From Octopus vulgaris (lineage: Eukaryota), in the NCBI GenBank assembly GCA_951406725.2, contig OX597833.1, positions 50,034,001 to 50,098,000 of the forward strand: DNA of 64,000 nt, read 5' to 3'. A program made the position numbers and the translations under genes. Shown piece by piece: positions 23,622 through 34,632 of the stretch (position 1 is the stretch's first letter; each line of letters opens with the position of its first letter). A model generated the notes under the pieces. It was not told the origin of the DNA. It saw only the letters and a program-made list of their open reading frames with translations, and did not search any database.

Positions 23622-25925
23622 TTAGATGAGGAGGGGGGCAGAGTTGAGACCAAATGGCGTATAAGAGCGAAGAGAGAAGATTAATTCCTGTTCACGGCGC
23701 AAACGGGAATCCGGATGGCCTCTGTGTAAGGACAAACCGAACACAGATAGGTGTTGCAAGGAGTGACCGGTGGAGCGGAAATGGCGTGAGACCGGTGTGT
23801 CGTTCGCAAGGTGGATGTCACGAAGGTGTTCCGCGAACCGGTCAGCCAAGCGGCGTCCCGTTTGTCCGATGTACAAGGAATTGCAGAGAGAGCAAGAGAT
23901 GCAATAGATAATATTGCTGGAGGTGCAGGTGAAGGAGTGGATGATGGGATAGGGTCGATGGTGGGTGCTAGTGAGGCGGGTGGTGTTGGAGAGGTAAGGG
24001 CAAGTGCGGCAACGTGGGCGGGAGCAGGGGAACGAGCCGGGTTGGGAGGTAGGGTCAGGGAAGGAGCTATGGACCAAAAGGTCTCGAAGGTTGTGGGCTC
24101 GTTTGAAAGAGGGGAGGGGTCGGTTAGGGAAGAGGTGTGAAGTGGACGGGTCGGACTGGAGATGACGGAAAGCTCGAAGAATGGTGCGTTGGAGACGTAG
24201 GGTCGTGGGGTGGTAAGTGAGGGGAAAAGGGAGGCGGGAGACTACAGGGCGGGTTCGGGGTGAGAGAGCAGATACACGGTCCACGGACCGTGCTCTGGCA
24301 AGGGCGGTGTGGATAGTGGTGAGGGGGTATCCACGTAGGGTGAAGTGGTGAGCCATACGTTGAGACTGAGTCTCAAAGTCATGGTCGTCACTACAGAGCC
24401 TACGTAGACGGAGGAATTGGGAATAGGGGATGGAAAGCTTGGTGTGTTCTGGGTGGGAGGAAGAGAAGTTGAGGTATGAGTGTGAGTCTGTGTGTTTGTA
24501 GTGAATGGAGGTGGTAAGAGTGGAGTGAAGAATGCTAACCGAAATGTCGAGGAAGGAGACAGAGGTGTTGGAGATAGTGGAAGTGAAGTGGAGGGCTGGA
24601 TGGAAAGATTGGACGAAAGAGAGGAAGGAATCTAGATGTTCGCGGGAGAGTGAGGTGGCACCGATAATGTCGTCAATATAACGACCATATAGTTCAGGAG
24701 TGGGACCAGTGAAATTAGAGAATATTTGGGCCTCAACATAGCCAACGAACAGGTTCGCATAGTTGGGGCCCATTCGCGTTCCCATGGCCACTCCCGAGAC
24801 CTGATGGTAGAACTCGCCCGCGAACGAGAAGCAGTTCAGAGTAAGGACAAGTTCGGCCAGACGAATGAGTGTGGAGGTGTCAGGTACAGGGTTAGAGCGG
24901 AGGTCAAGAAAGTGTCGAAGGGCCTGCAGTCCTTCGTGGTGAGGGATAACAGTATAGAGGCTTTGGATGTCCATAGTAAAAAGGATTTTGGAGGAGCCGG
25001 GAGGAAAGGAGAAAGAGTTGAAAAGCCGGAGAGCATGGTTGGTATCGTGGATGTGGGAGGGAAGAGATGCCACTAGGGGGGCAAGGACACGGTCGAGGTA
25101 TTTAGAGATGAGCTCCGTGGGGCAGTTACAGGCGGAGACGATGGGGCGGCCAGGGTTGTTGGGTTTGTGGATTTTGGGGAGGAAGTAAATGGTGGGGGTA
25201 CGTGGGGTTCGCACAATTAGGTTGGATGCGGTGCGGGGGAGACGGAAGGACGAGATGAGGTCTTGGACGGTAGAGGATACCGTCTGTTGGTAGCTACGTG
25301 TGGGGTTAGAGGGCAGAGGGGAATAGAAGGAGGTGTCATTGAGTTGGCGGAAAGCCTCGGCCCTATAGAGGTCCGCGCGCCACACCACTACAGCTCCACC
25401 CTTGTCAGCCGGTTTGATGATAATGTCAGCGCGCCGTTGGAGGGAACGAAGAGCCAAGAGCTCAGCCGGGGAGATGTTGAGGCGGCGTTGGCGCCTGGAG
25501 AAGTTGAACCGCTCCAATGCACGCTGACAAGCGCCCGCGAAAAGATCCACTGCTAGGATCTGGCCAGGGGCAGGCGTCCACGGGGATGGTCGGCGGCCCA
25601 GGCCAGTGAAGCAGTCGTCCTCTTCGTGGGGTGTGGGTGGCGAGTCGTGGTAATGCGCACCCAACCGGACACGGCGCACAAAGCTGTGGACATCAACTCG
25701 CGTCTGGAATTCCTTACAGGATGGAGTGAGGGGGATGAAACGCAGACCCCTACCAAGGACGGAGCGTTCAGCCGCAGAGAGGGGAAGATCGGGGGGAATG
25801 GTAACAACAGACGGAAGTGGAGAAGGGGTGGGTGGAATAGAAGTAGGAGGGGTGGTAGGTCTCGTGGAGGTCTGAGGGGAGGGATTGTGGAGGTGTGTGG
25901 GGGGTGGTTGGGCGGGGTAGTAGGG
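23622..25925 (-). CDS. Penelope-like reverse transcriptase + GIY-YIG endonuclease (open frame extends upstream of the GTG at 25679 to a TAA at 25926-25928)
   Basis: LSAAERSVLGRGLRFIP, KPADKGGAVVVW, YFLPKIHK, GRPIVS, TMDIQSLYTVIP, GVAMGTRMGPNYANLF, YGRYIDDI; Cys linker PCSRPRCRTCPY; GIY-YIG NIIYCISCSLCNSLYIGQTGRRLADRFAEH..RHF..REQELI..GLN. Confidence 0.95.
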   Translation of the reverse strand, partial: PYYPAQPPPTHLHNPSPQTSTRPTTPPTSIPPTPSPLPSVVTIPPDLPLSAAERSVLGRGLRFIPLTPSCKEFQTRVDVHSFVRRVRLGAHYHDSPPTPHEEDDCFTGLGRRPSPWTPAPGQILAVDLFAGACQRALERFNFSRRQRRLNISPAELLALRSLQRRADIIIKPADKGGAVVVWRADLYRAEAFRQLNDTSFYSPLPSNPTRSYQQTVSSTVQDLISSFRLPRTASNLIVRTPRTPTIYFLPKIHKPNNPGRPIVSACNCPTELISKYLDRVLAPLVASLPSHIHDTNHALRLFNSFSFPPGSSKILFTMDIQSLYTVIPHHEGLQALRHFLDLRSNPVPDTSTLIRLAELVLTLNCFSFAGEFYHQVSGVAMGTRMGPNYANLFVGYVEAQIFSNFTGPTPELYGRYIDDIIGATSLSREHLDSFLSFVQSFHPALHFTSTISNTSVSFLDISVSILHSTLTTSIHYKHTDSHSYLNFSSSHPEHTKLSIPYSQFLRLRRLCSDDHDFETQSQRMAHHFTLRGYPLTTIHTALARARSVDRVSALSPRTRPVVSRLPFPLTYHPTTLRLQRTILRAFRHLQSDPSTSHLFPNRPLPSFKRAHNLRDLLVHSSFPDPTSQPGSFPCSRPRCRTCPYLSNTTRLTSTHHRPYPIIHSFTCTSSNIIYCISCSLCNSLYIGQTGRRLADRFAEHLRDIHLANDTPVSRHFRSTGHSLQHLSVFGLSLHRGHPDSRLRREQELIFSLRSYTPFGLNSAPLLI

Positions 25926-26530
25926 TTAGGTGTAGGTGGATGGAGCCTAACGGGAGGGGAGAAGGGGTTGTAGGGAGGGGCAGTGGGGTTAGGTGTGGGT
26001 GGATGGAGCCTATCGGGAGGGGAGAAGGGTGGTGGAGGAGTTGGGGTAGTGGCGTCGGGTAGGGTGGAATGGAAGAGTGATTGGAGTTTACGAAGTTTGG
26101 TATCAGAAAGAAATTGATGGAAGAGTTGATTCAAATGGATAATGAAGCGTAGCGTGTTTGGAGCATAGAGAGGCGGCAGAGAGGAGAAGAAGGTGGAGAA
26201 AGCAGGAGGAAGAAGGCGGTTGATGGCATGTAGTTTGGAGAGATTGGAGCGAATGGTGGCCCGCATAAGGCGGTAAGATGTGGTGCGGAGTATGGGTAAG
26301 ATGGAAGAATCCGAGTGGAGAGCAGGGTGGAAGTGGAGGCGGAAACCTTTAGGGATGAGTCGGTGATGTAGGCAGCGGCTTAGGAAAGAGACATGGCTAG
26401 AGAAGCGGGTTTTTTTAAAAAGAAGTAGAGAGAGATTAACGGACGGCTGAAGGCAATATACAGGAAGCGAACGTAGATGATCCTTCAAACGGTGATGGAG
26501 GGTGAGGAGGTAGGACCTAGGATCCGGCAT
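25553..26530 (-). CDS. N-terminal part of the Penelope polyprotein (ATG 26530, MPDPRSY...), separated from the RT frame by a -1 shift
   Basis: FLSRCLHHRLIPKGFRL resembles the N-terminal motif of long PLE proteins; Pro-rich linker with a 21-aa duplication; adding 1 nt between ~25925 and ~25810 would fuse both frames into a 969-aa ORF. Confidence 0.75.
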   Translation of the reverse strand: MPDPRSYLLTLHHRLKDHLRSLPVYCLQPSVNLSLLLFKKTRFSSHVSFLSRCLHHRLIPKGFRLHFHPALHSDSSILPILRTTSYRLMRATIRSNLSKLHAINRLLPPAFSTFFSSLPPLYAPNTLRFIIHLNQLFHQFLSDTKLRKLQSLFHSTLPDATTPTPPPPFSPPDRLHPPTPNPTAPPYNPFSPPVRLHPPTPNPTTPPNHPPHTSTIPPLRPPRDLPPLLLLFHPPLLHFRLLLPFPPIFPSLRLNAPSLVGVCVSSPSLHPVRNSRRELMSTALCAVSGWVRITTTRHPHPTKRTTASLAWAADHPRGRLPLARS

Positions 26531-27160
26531 GATGGGATAGCGGAAAAAAAAACGTTCGAAAAAACAAAAAAAAAAAAAAAACAAAAAACAAAAATTATCG
26601 TATGAAAAAAATAGAAGAAAAGGATAGCGAAAAAAGGGGAAAAAACAAACGTTCAAAAAAAACAAAAAAATAATAATCGTATGAAAAAACTAGATAAGTA
26701 AGCGATAGGGGCAGAAAAGACGGGGCAAACGGAAAAGGGAAAGAAAGAAGGGAAGCAGAGAGAGGGGGAGGCAAAAAAGGGGGTGCAGGCAGAGGAAACG
26801 GAGTATGGACATCCAGAGAGGGAAGAAAGACGGAAAGGAGAACAAAAATTCAGGAAAATGTGGGAAGCATGAAATGAATGTAAAAAAAGTGGTAATATAA
26901 GAGAAAATAAAAATACAACAAACGGGACAGTTTATGCGAACAAGTTCAAGGTTGAAAGTTCAAGGTGAGAAATATGTAGACGTCGTGGTATATTTTTTAA
27001 GGATTTCACATCAATGCAAAGTCACTTTGATCCGCGAAAGAGAGGTGCAGCCAATGGTAAGTATCCAAGAGGTAAAGAAAATCCAAGGTAGAGGTAAGTG
27101 TTGATAGTGGTATTGGTAGAATATAGGATGAAAGTGAGACCACGTGAGCGCATAATATAT

Positions 27161-27274
27161 AACGGGAAGCTTTATGAAAATAAACAAAAGACGAAGGCAG
27201 GTGGAAAACAAACGAACAATTGTATTAGTATGGCGCTCAGGAAATATAAATAAAACAAGTCTTTAACGTTTCGA
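27161..27274 (-). repeat. 5' partial pLTR of the Penelope-like element
   Basis: Identical to 22641-22754; starts inside the hammerhead (TCGAAACGTT). Confidence 0.95.
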
Positions 27275-27483
27275 TATATATATATACATATATAACTTTT
27301 CTCCTACTAACATGGAATGAAAACTTATCAAGCAAGAAGTAACATTATCGCTAACAACTTAGTCATGATTATAATAAGTAAAACCAGTCGACTATGTATT
27401 TTATTTAACACACACACACACAAATGTATATATATGTATATATATATATTATTTTTTAGGCAGCAGTAACCAAATGTTTCCAT

Positions 27484-27559
<76 letters not shown>

Positions 27560-27768
27560 ATATATATATATGTATGTATGTACGTATACACACATAAACA
27601 CACACGTTATATACATTCAGATAGATATATAGATAGATATTATTGAACAAATATTTGTACATTTTCGTTCTTTAAATATACCTTCCACTACAATTCACCA
27701 ATTCTCGAAATTTTTCCCCATGTGTGTGTGTGTGTGCGTGTGTGTGTATGTGTGTGTATATACACACA

Positions 27769-27808
<40 letters not shown>

Positions 27809-27848
27809 TACATATGAATTGATGTATATATGAATGTAAATAGGCATG

Positions 27849-27882
<34 letters not shown>

Positions 27883-27960
27883 TTTGATACTTTGATACTT
27901 TGATAGGTTTCGGCCATTATTGGCCCAGGCCATGTCTAACTTAATAGCACCACCTGGTGC

Positions 27961-27993
<33 letters not shown>

Positions 27994-28757
27994 GCCATGT
28001 ATTGAGTACCTTATTTACTGTGGTTAACCCCGACTCAACCCGGGACCTACATATATATATATATATATATATATATAAATGCATTTAGTGATCGATCGAT
28101 AAATATATATAGACATTATATATATTTCTATATATTTTCTGATTGTGTATGTATGTTACCTAATACTTTTACGTTTTTTACACCGGAGGCCGTGATTTGA
28201 GGTAGATTTCGGTGTTTCTTCTTAAAAAATTTAGTAACCCCGTAACAAAATTTAAAAAAAAGGAAAGCTTACACATTGGTTCCTCTAAATTCGGTTCAAA
28301 AATATCGCGCAAACTGTAATCATCAGCAAAACTTAGAAATTCATAGCAAAACTATTTTTTTTCTTTTTCCTTCTTTCGATAACATTCAGAGAATTGTAGA
28401 AACGCGTTAGCTAAATCTGAACCAAAAACAGCGGCCGGCTGTTTCATTACATGCAGCTGTGGGCTTTGACATTTTATTTAAGAGCCATAATGAGCGGAGC
28501 TCAGCTTGAGAAAACAGCATCAAAAAAAAAAAAAACAACACAACAAGCACGCATGCGCACACATACAAATACGCAAACGTACATAGACAAGCACAAATAA
28601 ACAAGAAAAAACAAACAGAAAACCCCCAAAACTATTCTCATTCCATCTGCAAGCGTGTGTCGGTATTACAAATCATACAAGTCGGAAATAGTTGGGACGG
28701 AAATTACTTCACATGTTTATCGTATTATTCTCACCAACTTGACAAATAGTCAAGCTT

Positions 28758-28777
28758 TTATACATATACATATACAT

Positions 28778-28836
<59 letters not shown>

Positions 28837-29271
28837 TAGTCATATATCTATATATATATAGATATATAGATATATGACTATCTGTACGTGTACGAACATA
28901 CGCAGAAGAGCAAATACGAACGTACATACATACACACGTATATGCATCATTATTCATACATACAAACATACACTCATGAATGCATATATATATATAAACA
29001 TGCATAAGCATAAATGAATATGTGTACACATGCATCAAAGTAAATATGCACGTATTGTATGTGCACGTATGTATATGTTTGAATGTGTATATGTGTGTGT
29101 GTGCATGTATATGGAAATGCATATATATGTGACGGTTGTATATATATACATATATACATATATATATTATATATATATATTATATATATTATATATATAT
29201 ATATTATATATATTATATATATATATATTTTCCCTGTAATTTTGGATTCATTCCCTAATATTTATTATTAT

Positions 29272-29312
<41 letters not shown>

Positions 29313-29362
29313 ATATAATATATATATATAATATAATATAATATATATATATAATATAATAT

Positions 29363-29425
<63 letters not shown>

Positions 29426-29455
29426 TGTATACACACACATATATGCGTATTTATA
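28758..29455. repeat. TA/TACA-rich low-complexity block
   Basis: Direct inspection. Confidence 0.95.
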
Positions 29456-29728
29456 TAAAACATATCCCATAGTAAATAACGATCACAGAATTACATCTTC
29501 AACTACTCGTGTAAAGAAATAGTATTTGATAATTTCTCGGTTAATCTATCCAATGATAGAAAGATGAGCCGTGGAGTGGATGTGAGGTCGACGGGGGTTA
29601 TAGAAATAAATTATTCCAGACCGTTGATTTATCGGGAAATGCTTCTGTCTGCTGCTCCTACTGCTGCCGTATCTCGCTGCTTCCAAAATGCCATTGCGAC
29701 AAAGGCATTTCCTGGATTGTGTGTACAA

Positions 29729-29731
<3 letters not shown>

Positions 29732-29789
<58 letters not shown>

Positions 29790-29805
29790 GTTATTGTTGT
29801 TGTTG
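29732..29805. repeat. (TAT)n/(TGT)n microsatellite
   Basis: Direct inspection. Confidence 0.95.
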
Positions 29806-30499
29806 CCAAATACTTCAAAGTACAGAACGATAAATCCGATTAGATTTTGTTCTTATCTGATGTGGTCCTGGTGGGCTGTGAAAGCAATTAATTATTTTCC
29901 ATGTAAAACAAGATTACACTTCACCTTCGCTGACCGTTTTCGTAAGAAAGGTGGCTTTTATAGAGAAATTATCTCAAGTTATAACAAAGGAGACAGCCCT
30001 GGTTGTTTGGTTGGGATGACAAAACTATTTAATCCGAACACAAATTACAAAAATTCGTGTCGTGGAATCATCACCTTGGCTGGACGAAGGCCAGTTCTGG
30101 TCAGCTCAAGTCTGGCAAATGATTGTCCTACACGCATTTGCTGATGACATAGGTCATCAGAAATGGTCGATTCGTTGAGATGATTTCTGCCGACTTTCAA
30201 TAAAAAATGATGTTCGTAAAGCAGAGCATCAAAATACAATTTGAAAGTAACATGGTGTTTAGTGGTTTAACTTCGACTTCTTAGGAGGAAACAAGTATAG
30301 TTTTCCGTGACTGATATATAAATCAACAGAATTATACTTCTCACTCGCTCACACACACACACACACAAATGCGCGCGCGCGCGCACACACACACACACGC
30401 ACACGCCACCACTCTCTCTCTCTCTCATTCTTTCCCTCTTTCTTTCGCTTTCTTTCCCTCCCTTTCACTCACTTCACATATGGATTCTGAACGAACGTC

Positions 30500-30503
30500 T
30501 ATA

Positions 30504-30545
<42 letters not shown>

Positions 30546-30714
30546 CATACATATATATATATACACACATATATATATATATATATACACATATATATAT
30601 ATACATATATATACATATACATATATATATACTTATATAGACATACATATATACATATATATACATATATACATATACATACATATACACATATATATAT
30701 ATTTATATATATAA

Positions 30715-30761
<47 letters not shown>

Positions 30762-30965
30762 CATGTATATATATATATACATATATATATATTTAACATG
30801 TTTACGTATTTATGTATAGTGCAAAACGTATGTATATATGTATAATATATATATACACACATACATACATCAACATATGCATACATATACACATACATGT
30901 ATGTATGTGTATGTGCATGCAGGTGTAACATTCAGCCATATGTATTTTTATATATATATATACAC
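30500..30965. repeat. Compound TA/TACA microsatellite
   Basis: Direct inspection. Confidence 0.95.
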
Positions 30966-31361
30966 GTTTGTACATATATTTGTTTGTGTGTCTATCTGTC
31001 TCTCTGTATCTGTGTTTACATGCTAACATTCATATGTATATGGCTGACTTGATATTATGAGTACTTTAATAATATGAAGCGCCGTTCATACAACAGACGA
31101 AGACATTAACAGTCGTATAATTTCAATAGCAAATCATTTGAAACGTTCATTTTCAATTGTCACAAAACGCTCTCGCACCTAACGTTCAACTATTTCTTAG
31201 CTTAATCACGTAAGTTAGGTCATTTATAAAATGGTATTATTCAGCTTAGAAAAAAAGTAAAGTTTTCCTATGTACAGGATTTATGTTAACGCGAGAAGCT
31301 TAACAGAAAGCTGTACTTAGAAGTTTAAATGGAGATGAATGACACATCCTAGGTGGAAGTA

Positions 31362-32005
31362 GGCGAAGTTGTGTGGTAAGAAACTTGCATCGTAATCACT
31401 TGGTTCTGGGTTCATTCTCAGGCGCAGCACCTTGGGCATGTGTCTTCTATTATAACCACGGGCCGACCAAAACTTTTTGAGTGGACTTCGTAGACGGAAA
31501 CTAAAGAACTAAAGGTGGCGAGGTGCCAGAAACGTTAGCACACCGGGCGAAATGCTTAGCGGTATTTAGTCTGCTGCTACGTTCTGAGTTCAAATTCCGC
31601 CGAGGTCGACTTTGCCTTTCATCCTTTCGGGGTCGATTAAATAAGTACCAGTTACGCACTGGGGTCGATGTAATTGACTTAATCCGTTTGTCTGTCCTTG
31701 TTTGTCCCCTCTGTGTTTAGCCCCTTGTAGGTAGTAAAGAAATGAGAAACTAAAGAAGCCCGTCGTATATATCTACGGGCGTATATGTCTTTGTGTCTGT
31801 GTTTGTATAAAACCCTACCACCACCACCACCAACGCTTGATAACCGGTGCTGGTTTGTTTACCTCACCGTAACTTAGCGGTTCGGCCAAAAAGATCAATA
31901 GAATAAGTAAGAAGCTTTTAAAAACGTAAGTACTAGGGTCGATACATCTGACTAAAAATTCTATAAGATGGTGCCCCAGCATGGCCGCAGTCTAGTGACT
32001 GAAAA
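31362..32005 (+). mobile_element. Diverged SINE family B interrupted by a family-A SINE (31514-31744)
   Basis: B halves are collinear on either side; gaaactaaagaa duplicated at 31497-31508 and 31746-31757. Confidence 0.85.
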
Positions 32006-33009
32006 AATAAAACAAAATCAAAATACAGAGGTGACATATTGAAACAGACAGAGAGTAACACACTGTTACACACATACAAAAACGCACGTAGATCTTGTCT
32101 TGCAAATCAATGCAAAACCGGCTTGTATGAATGTGGGTAGGATTTTTAATGAGAAATCGACCCATAAAACCTGAAAATCTATTCATAGCTTATAGAAACT
32201 GGCCGTAATTTTTTTCCTTCGTTACGATCGCTTCAATAATACATGGTACAAATCCATCCTGATAATGAATTATCGTGTAATCCTGGATTCACATTTTGGC
32301 ACAAGGCCAATGATTTCGGTGAAGCGGAGTCTAGTGGTAATCGGGTATATATTTTATGGACTCCGAAAGAATGAAAAGCAAAGTCGACCTCGGTGGACTT
32401 TGAACTCAGAATCTAAAAATACGGACGAAATGACGCTGAGCACTTTGACTGGAATACTAAGGATTCTCCCATCTTGCTATGAAAGATATAACGAAAATGA
32501 TTATCTTTATATCTTTCTAAAGAAATTGTACGGTCGATAAGGGAAACAACTGCTGATTCGAGCTCATAGTTTTCAATTCATTTTCAGATCCCGTGGGTAG
32601 ACTCCCAACGATTTCATCACCGTTTATCAGAGGCTGAATGATGTATCTGCTATGTTATAAAGATTGCTAATTTCAACTATTATTGCTTCTGTCATCCATA
32701 ACGAATACGTGTTCAGCCTGCGGGCTTATTTCGACATAAATGAATATATCAATCACGGTTTTACAATGTACGCAGCGGTTGATATTTGTCTTAGCTGGCG
32801 ATTTCCAGGGAATATTTGCTTCTGATGAAGCGCAAAGAGAGAGAAATACGTAATTTACAATGTCACCTCATCAGCCGGAACATTTTCATCTGCGACTGTT
32901 ACATTTCTGCTTTTTAACACTACACATCTGTAGGAGATGCTTGGGATGAACGCTACAGTTTGTCAGATGGTCAATAAAGTATCCGCTTTTAGCATGATCT
33001 ACATATTGG

Positions 33010-33069
<60 letters not shown>

Positions 33070-33077
33070 CTTTTCTG

Positions 33078-33403
33078 GAACTCCGTTGGTTACGACGACG
33101 AGGGTTCCAGTTGATCTGACCAACGGAACAGCCTGCTCATGAAATTAACGTGTAAGTGGCTGAGCATTCCACAGACACGTGTACCCTTAACGTAGTTCTC
33201 GGGAAGATTCAGCGTGACACAGAGTGTGACAAGACTGGCCCTTGAAAGAATACAGCAGCGTTCGCCACCCCACTCTGCTGGAGCCTCGTGGAGCTTTAGG
33301 TGTTTTCGCTCAATAAACACTCGCAACGCCCGGTCTGGGAATCGAAGCCGCCATCCTACGCCCGCGAGTCCGCTGCCTTAACCACTGGGCCATTACGCCT
33401 CCA
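33078..33403 (-). mobile_element. SINE family C with internal deletion
   Basis: Match to 18883-19262 lacking the central pyrimidine-rich segment. Confidence 0.85.
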
Positions 33404-33406
33404 CAA

Positions 33407-33437
<31 letters not shown>

Positions 33438-33568
33438 CAGGGTGTCCCAAAAAAATGTATACACACCTTAAATAATTGTAAATTTGTTGTTCTTTGTAAG
33501 CCTAGTACTTATTCTATCGTTCTCTTTTGCCGAACCACTATGTGTATACATTTTTTTGGGACACCCTG
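33438..33568. mobile_element. Tc1/mariner-type MITE carrying a SINE-B fragment
   Basis: Perfect 28-bp TIR cagggtgtcccaaaaaaatgtatacaca, TA on both sides; internal 33489-33540 matches family B. Confidence 0.9.
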
Positions 33569-34092
33569 TATATATATGTATGTATGCTACCCGAGCAGGC
33601 TAACATTCACCCTGAACGGAAAACTTTTCATCATATATATGTGTGTGTGCATTTATACCTATACATACACGCATACTTACATACACACATATGTCTATTC
33701 ATATATGTACACAAACTGCATTGATTCAAATTTAGTATGAAGTCTTCCCCCGTGAGGAAACTTTCCGTATTTATTTTGCCAATCGCCTTTAAATAACCTT
33801 AAACAAACATTTACACAGACACACACATGTCACGCGCGCGCGAGAGAGATAGCACCCATAGATGTGTTTGCGCGTGTGACATTAGACACCACACGTGCAT
33901 TTTCAGATTTACAAACGATCTCCACATGTAACCTAGGCATGTTGTGATTAACGTGCTTCAATGAGAGTTTATGAATGTCAATAAAAATTCCAGACATAAC
34001 AGTTCTGTTAAAGGCATTAGTATTATTAATTATGAAAATGATTTATAATTTCACACCCAAACGTGTGTGCATATGTATATGTATATGTATGT

Positions 34093-34205
34093 ATGTCATT
34101 ATTCAGATTTTGTTTCAAGATTTCTTGCCAATAGACAAAGCCGGTTTCTAACCATGATCCAAGTTGCCTTCAATGGAATATCGACATCAACAAAAGGGTT
34201 TTTTT
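34093..34205 (-). mobile_element. 3' terminal fragment of an R4/Dong-like LINE (second, diverged copy)
   Basis: Homologous to 34633-34746; ends ..AATAATGAC in (ATAC)n. Confidence 0.65.
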
Positions 34206-34206
34206 A

Positions 34207-34368
34207 GGTGCAGGAGTGGCTGTGGGGTAAGTAGCTTGCTTACCAACCACATGGTTCCGGGTTGATTCCCACTGCGTGACACCGTGGACAAGTATCTCCT
34301 ACTATAGCCTCGGGCTGACCAAAGCCTTGTGAGTGGATTAGGTAGACGGAAACTGAAAGAAGACTGTC

Positions 34369-34430
<62 letters not shown>

Positions 34431-34631
34431 GTATATGTTTGTGTGTCTGTGTCTGTCCCCCAACATCGCTTTACAATGTGTTTACGACCCCGTAACTTAG
34501 CGGTTCGGCAAAAGTGACCGATAGAATAAGTACTAGGCTTCGAAAGAATAAGTCCTGGGGTCGATTTGCTCGACTAAAGGCGGTGCTCCAGCATGACCGC
34601 AGTCAAATGACTGAAACAAGTAAAAGAGTAA
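34207..34631 (+). mobile_element. SINE family B, full length
   Basis: Match to family B consensus. Confidence 0.9.
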
Positions 34632-34632
34632 G

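Larger units (their letters stand above)
22641..27274 (-). mobile_element. Penelope-like retroelement (Neptune-type), near full length, recent insertion
   Basis: RT + GIY-YIG ORF; identical 114-bp terminal direct repeats (22641-22754 and 27161-27274); (TA)n on both sides; no LTR-type TG..CA ends and no poly(A). Confidence 0.95.

Noticed and set aside
23654-25973. Plus-strand ORFs overlapping the RT gene
   Set aside because: Antisense shadows of a C-rich coding strand with no recognisable motifs
23622-26530. Selenoprotein-type (Naiad-like) recoding in the Penelope ORF
   Set aside because: No in-frame TGA; the frames end in TAA and TAG, and the interruption is a frameshift
26531-27160. Intron in the Penelope 5' leader
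   Set aside because: The leader is pyrimidine-rich on the sense strand, but no convincing donor/acceptor pair could be assigned without transcript data
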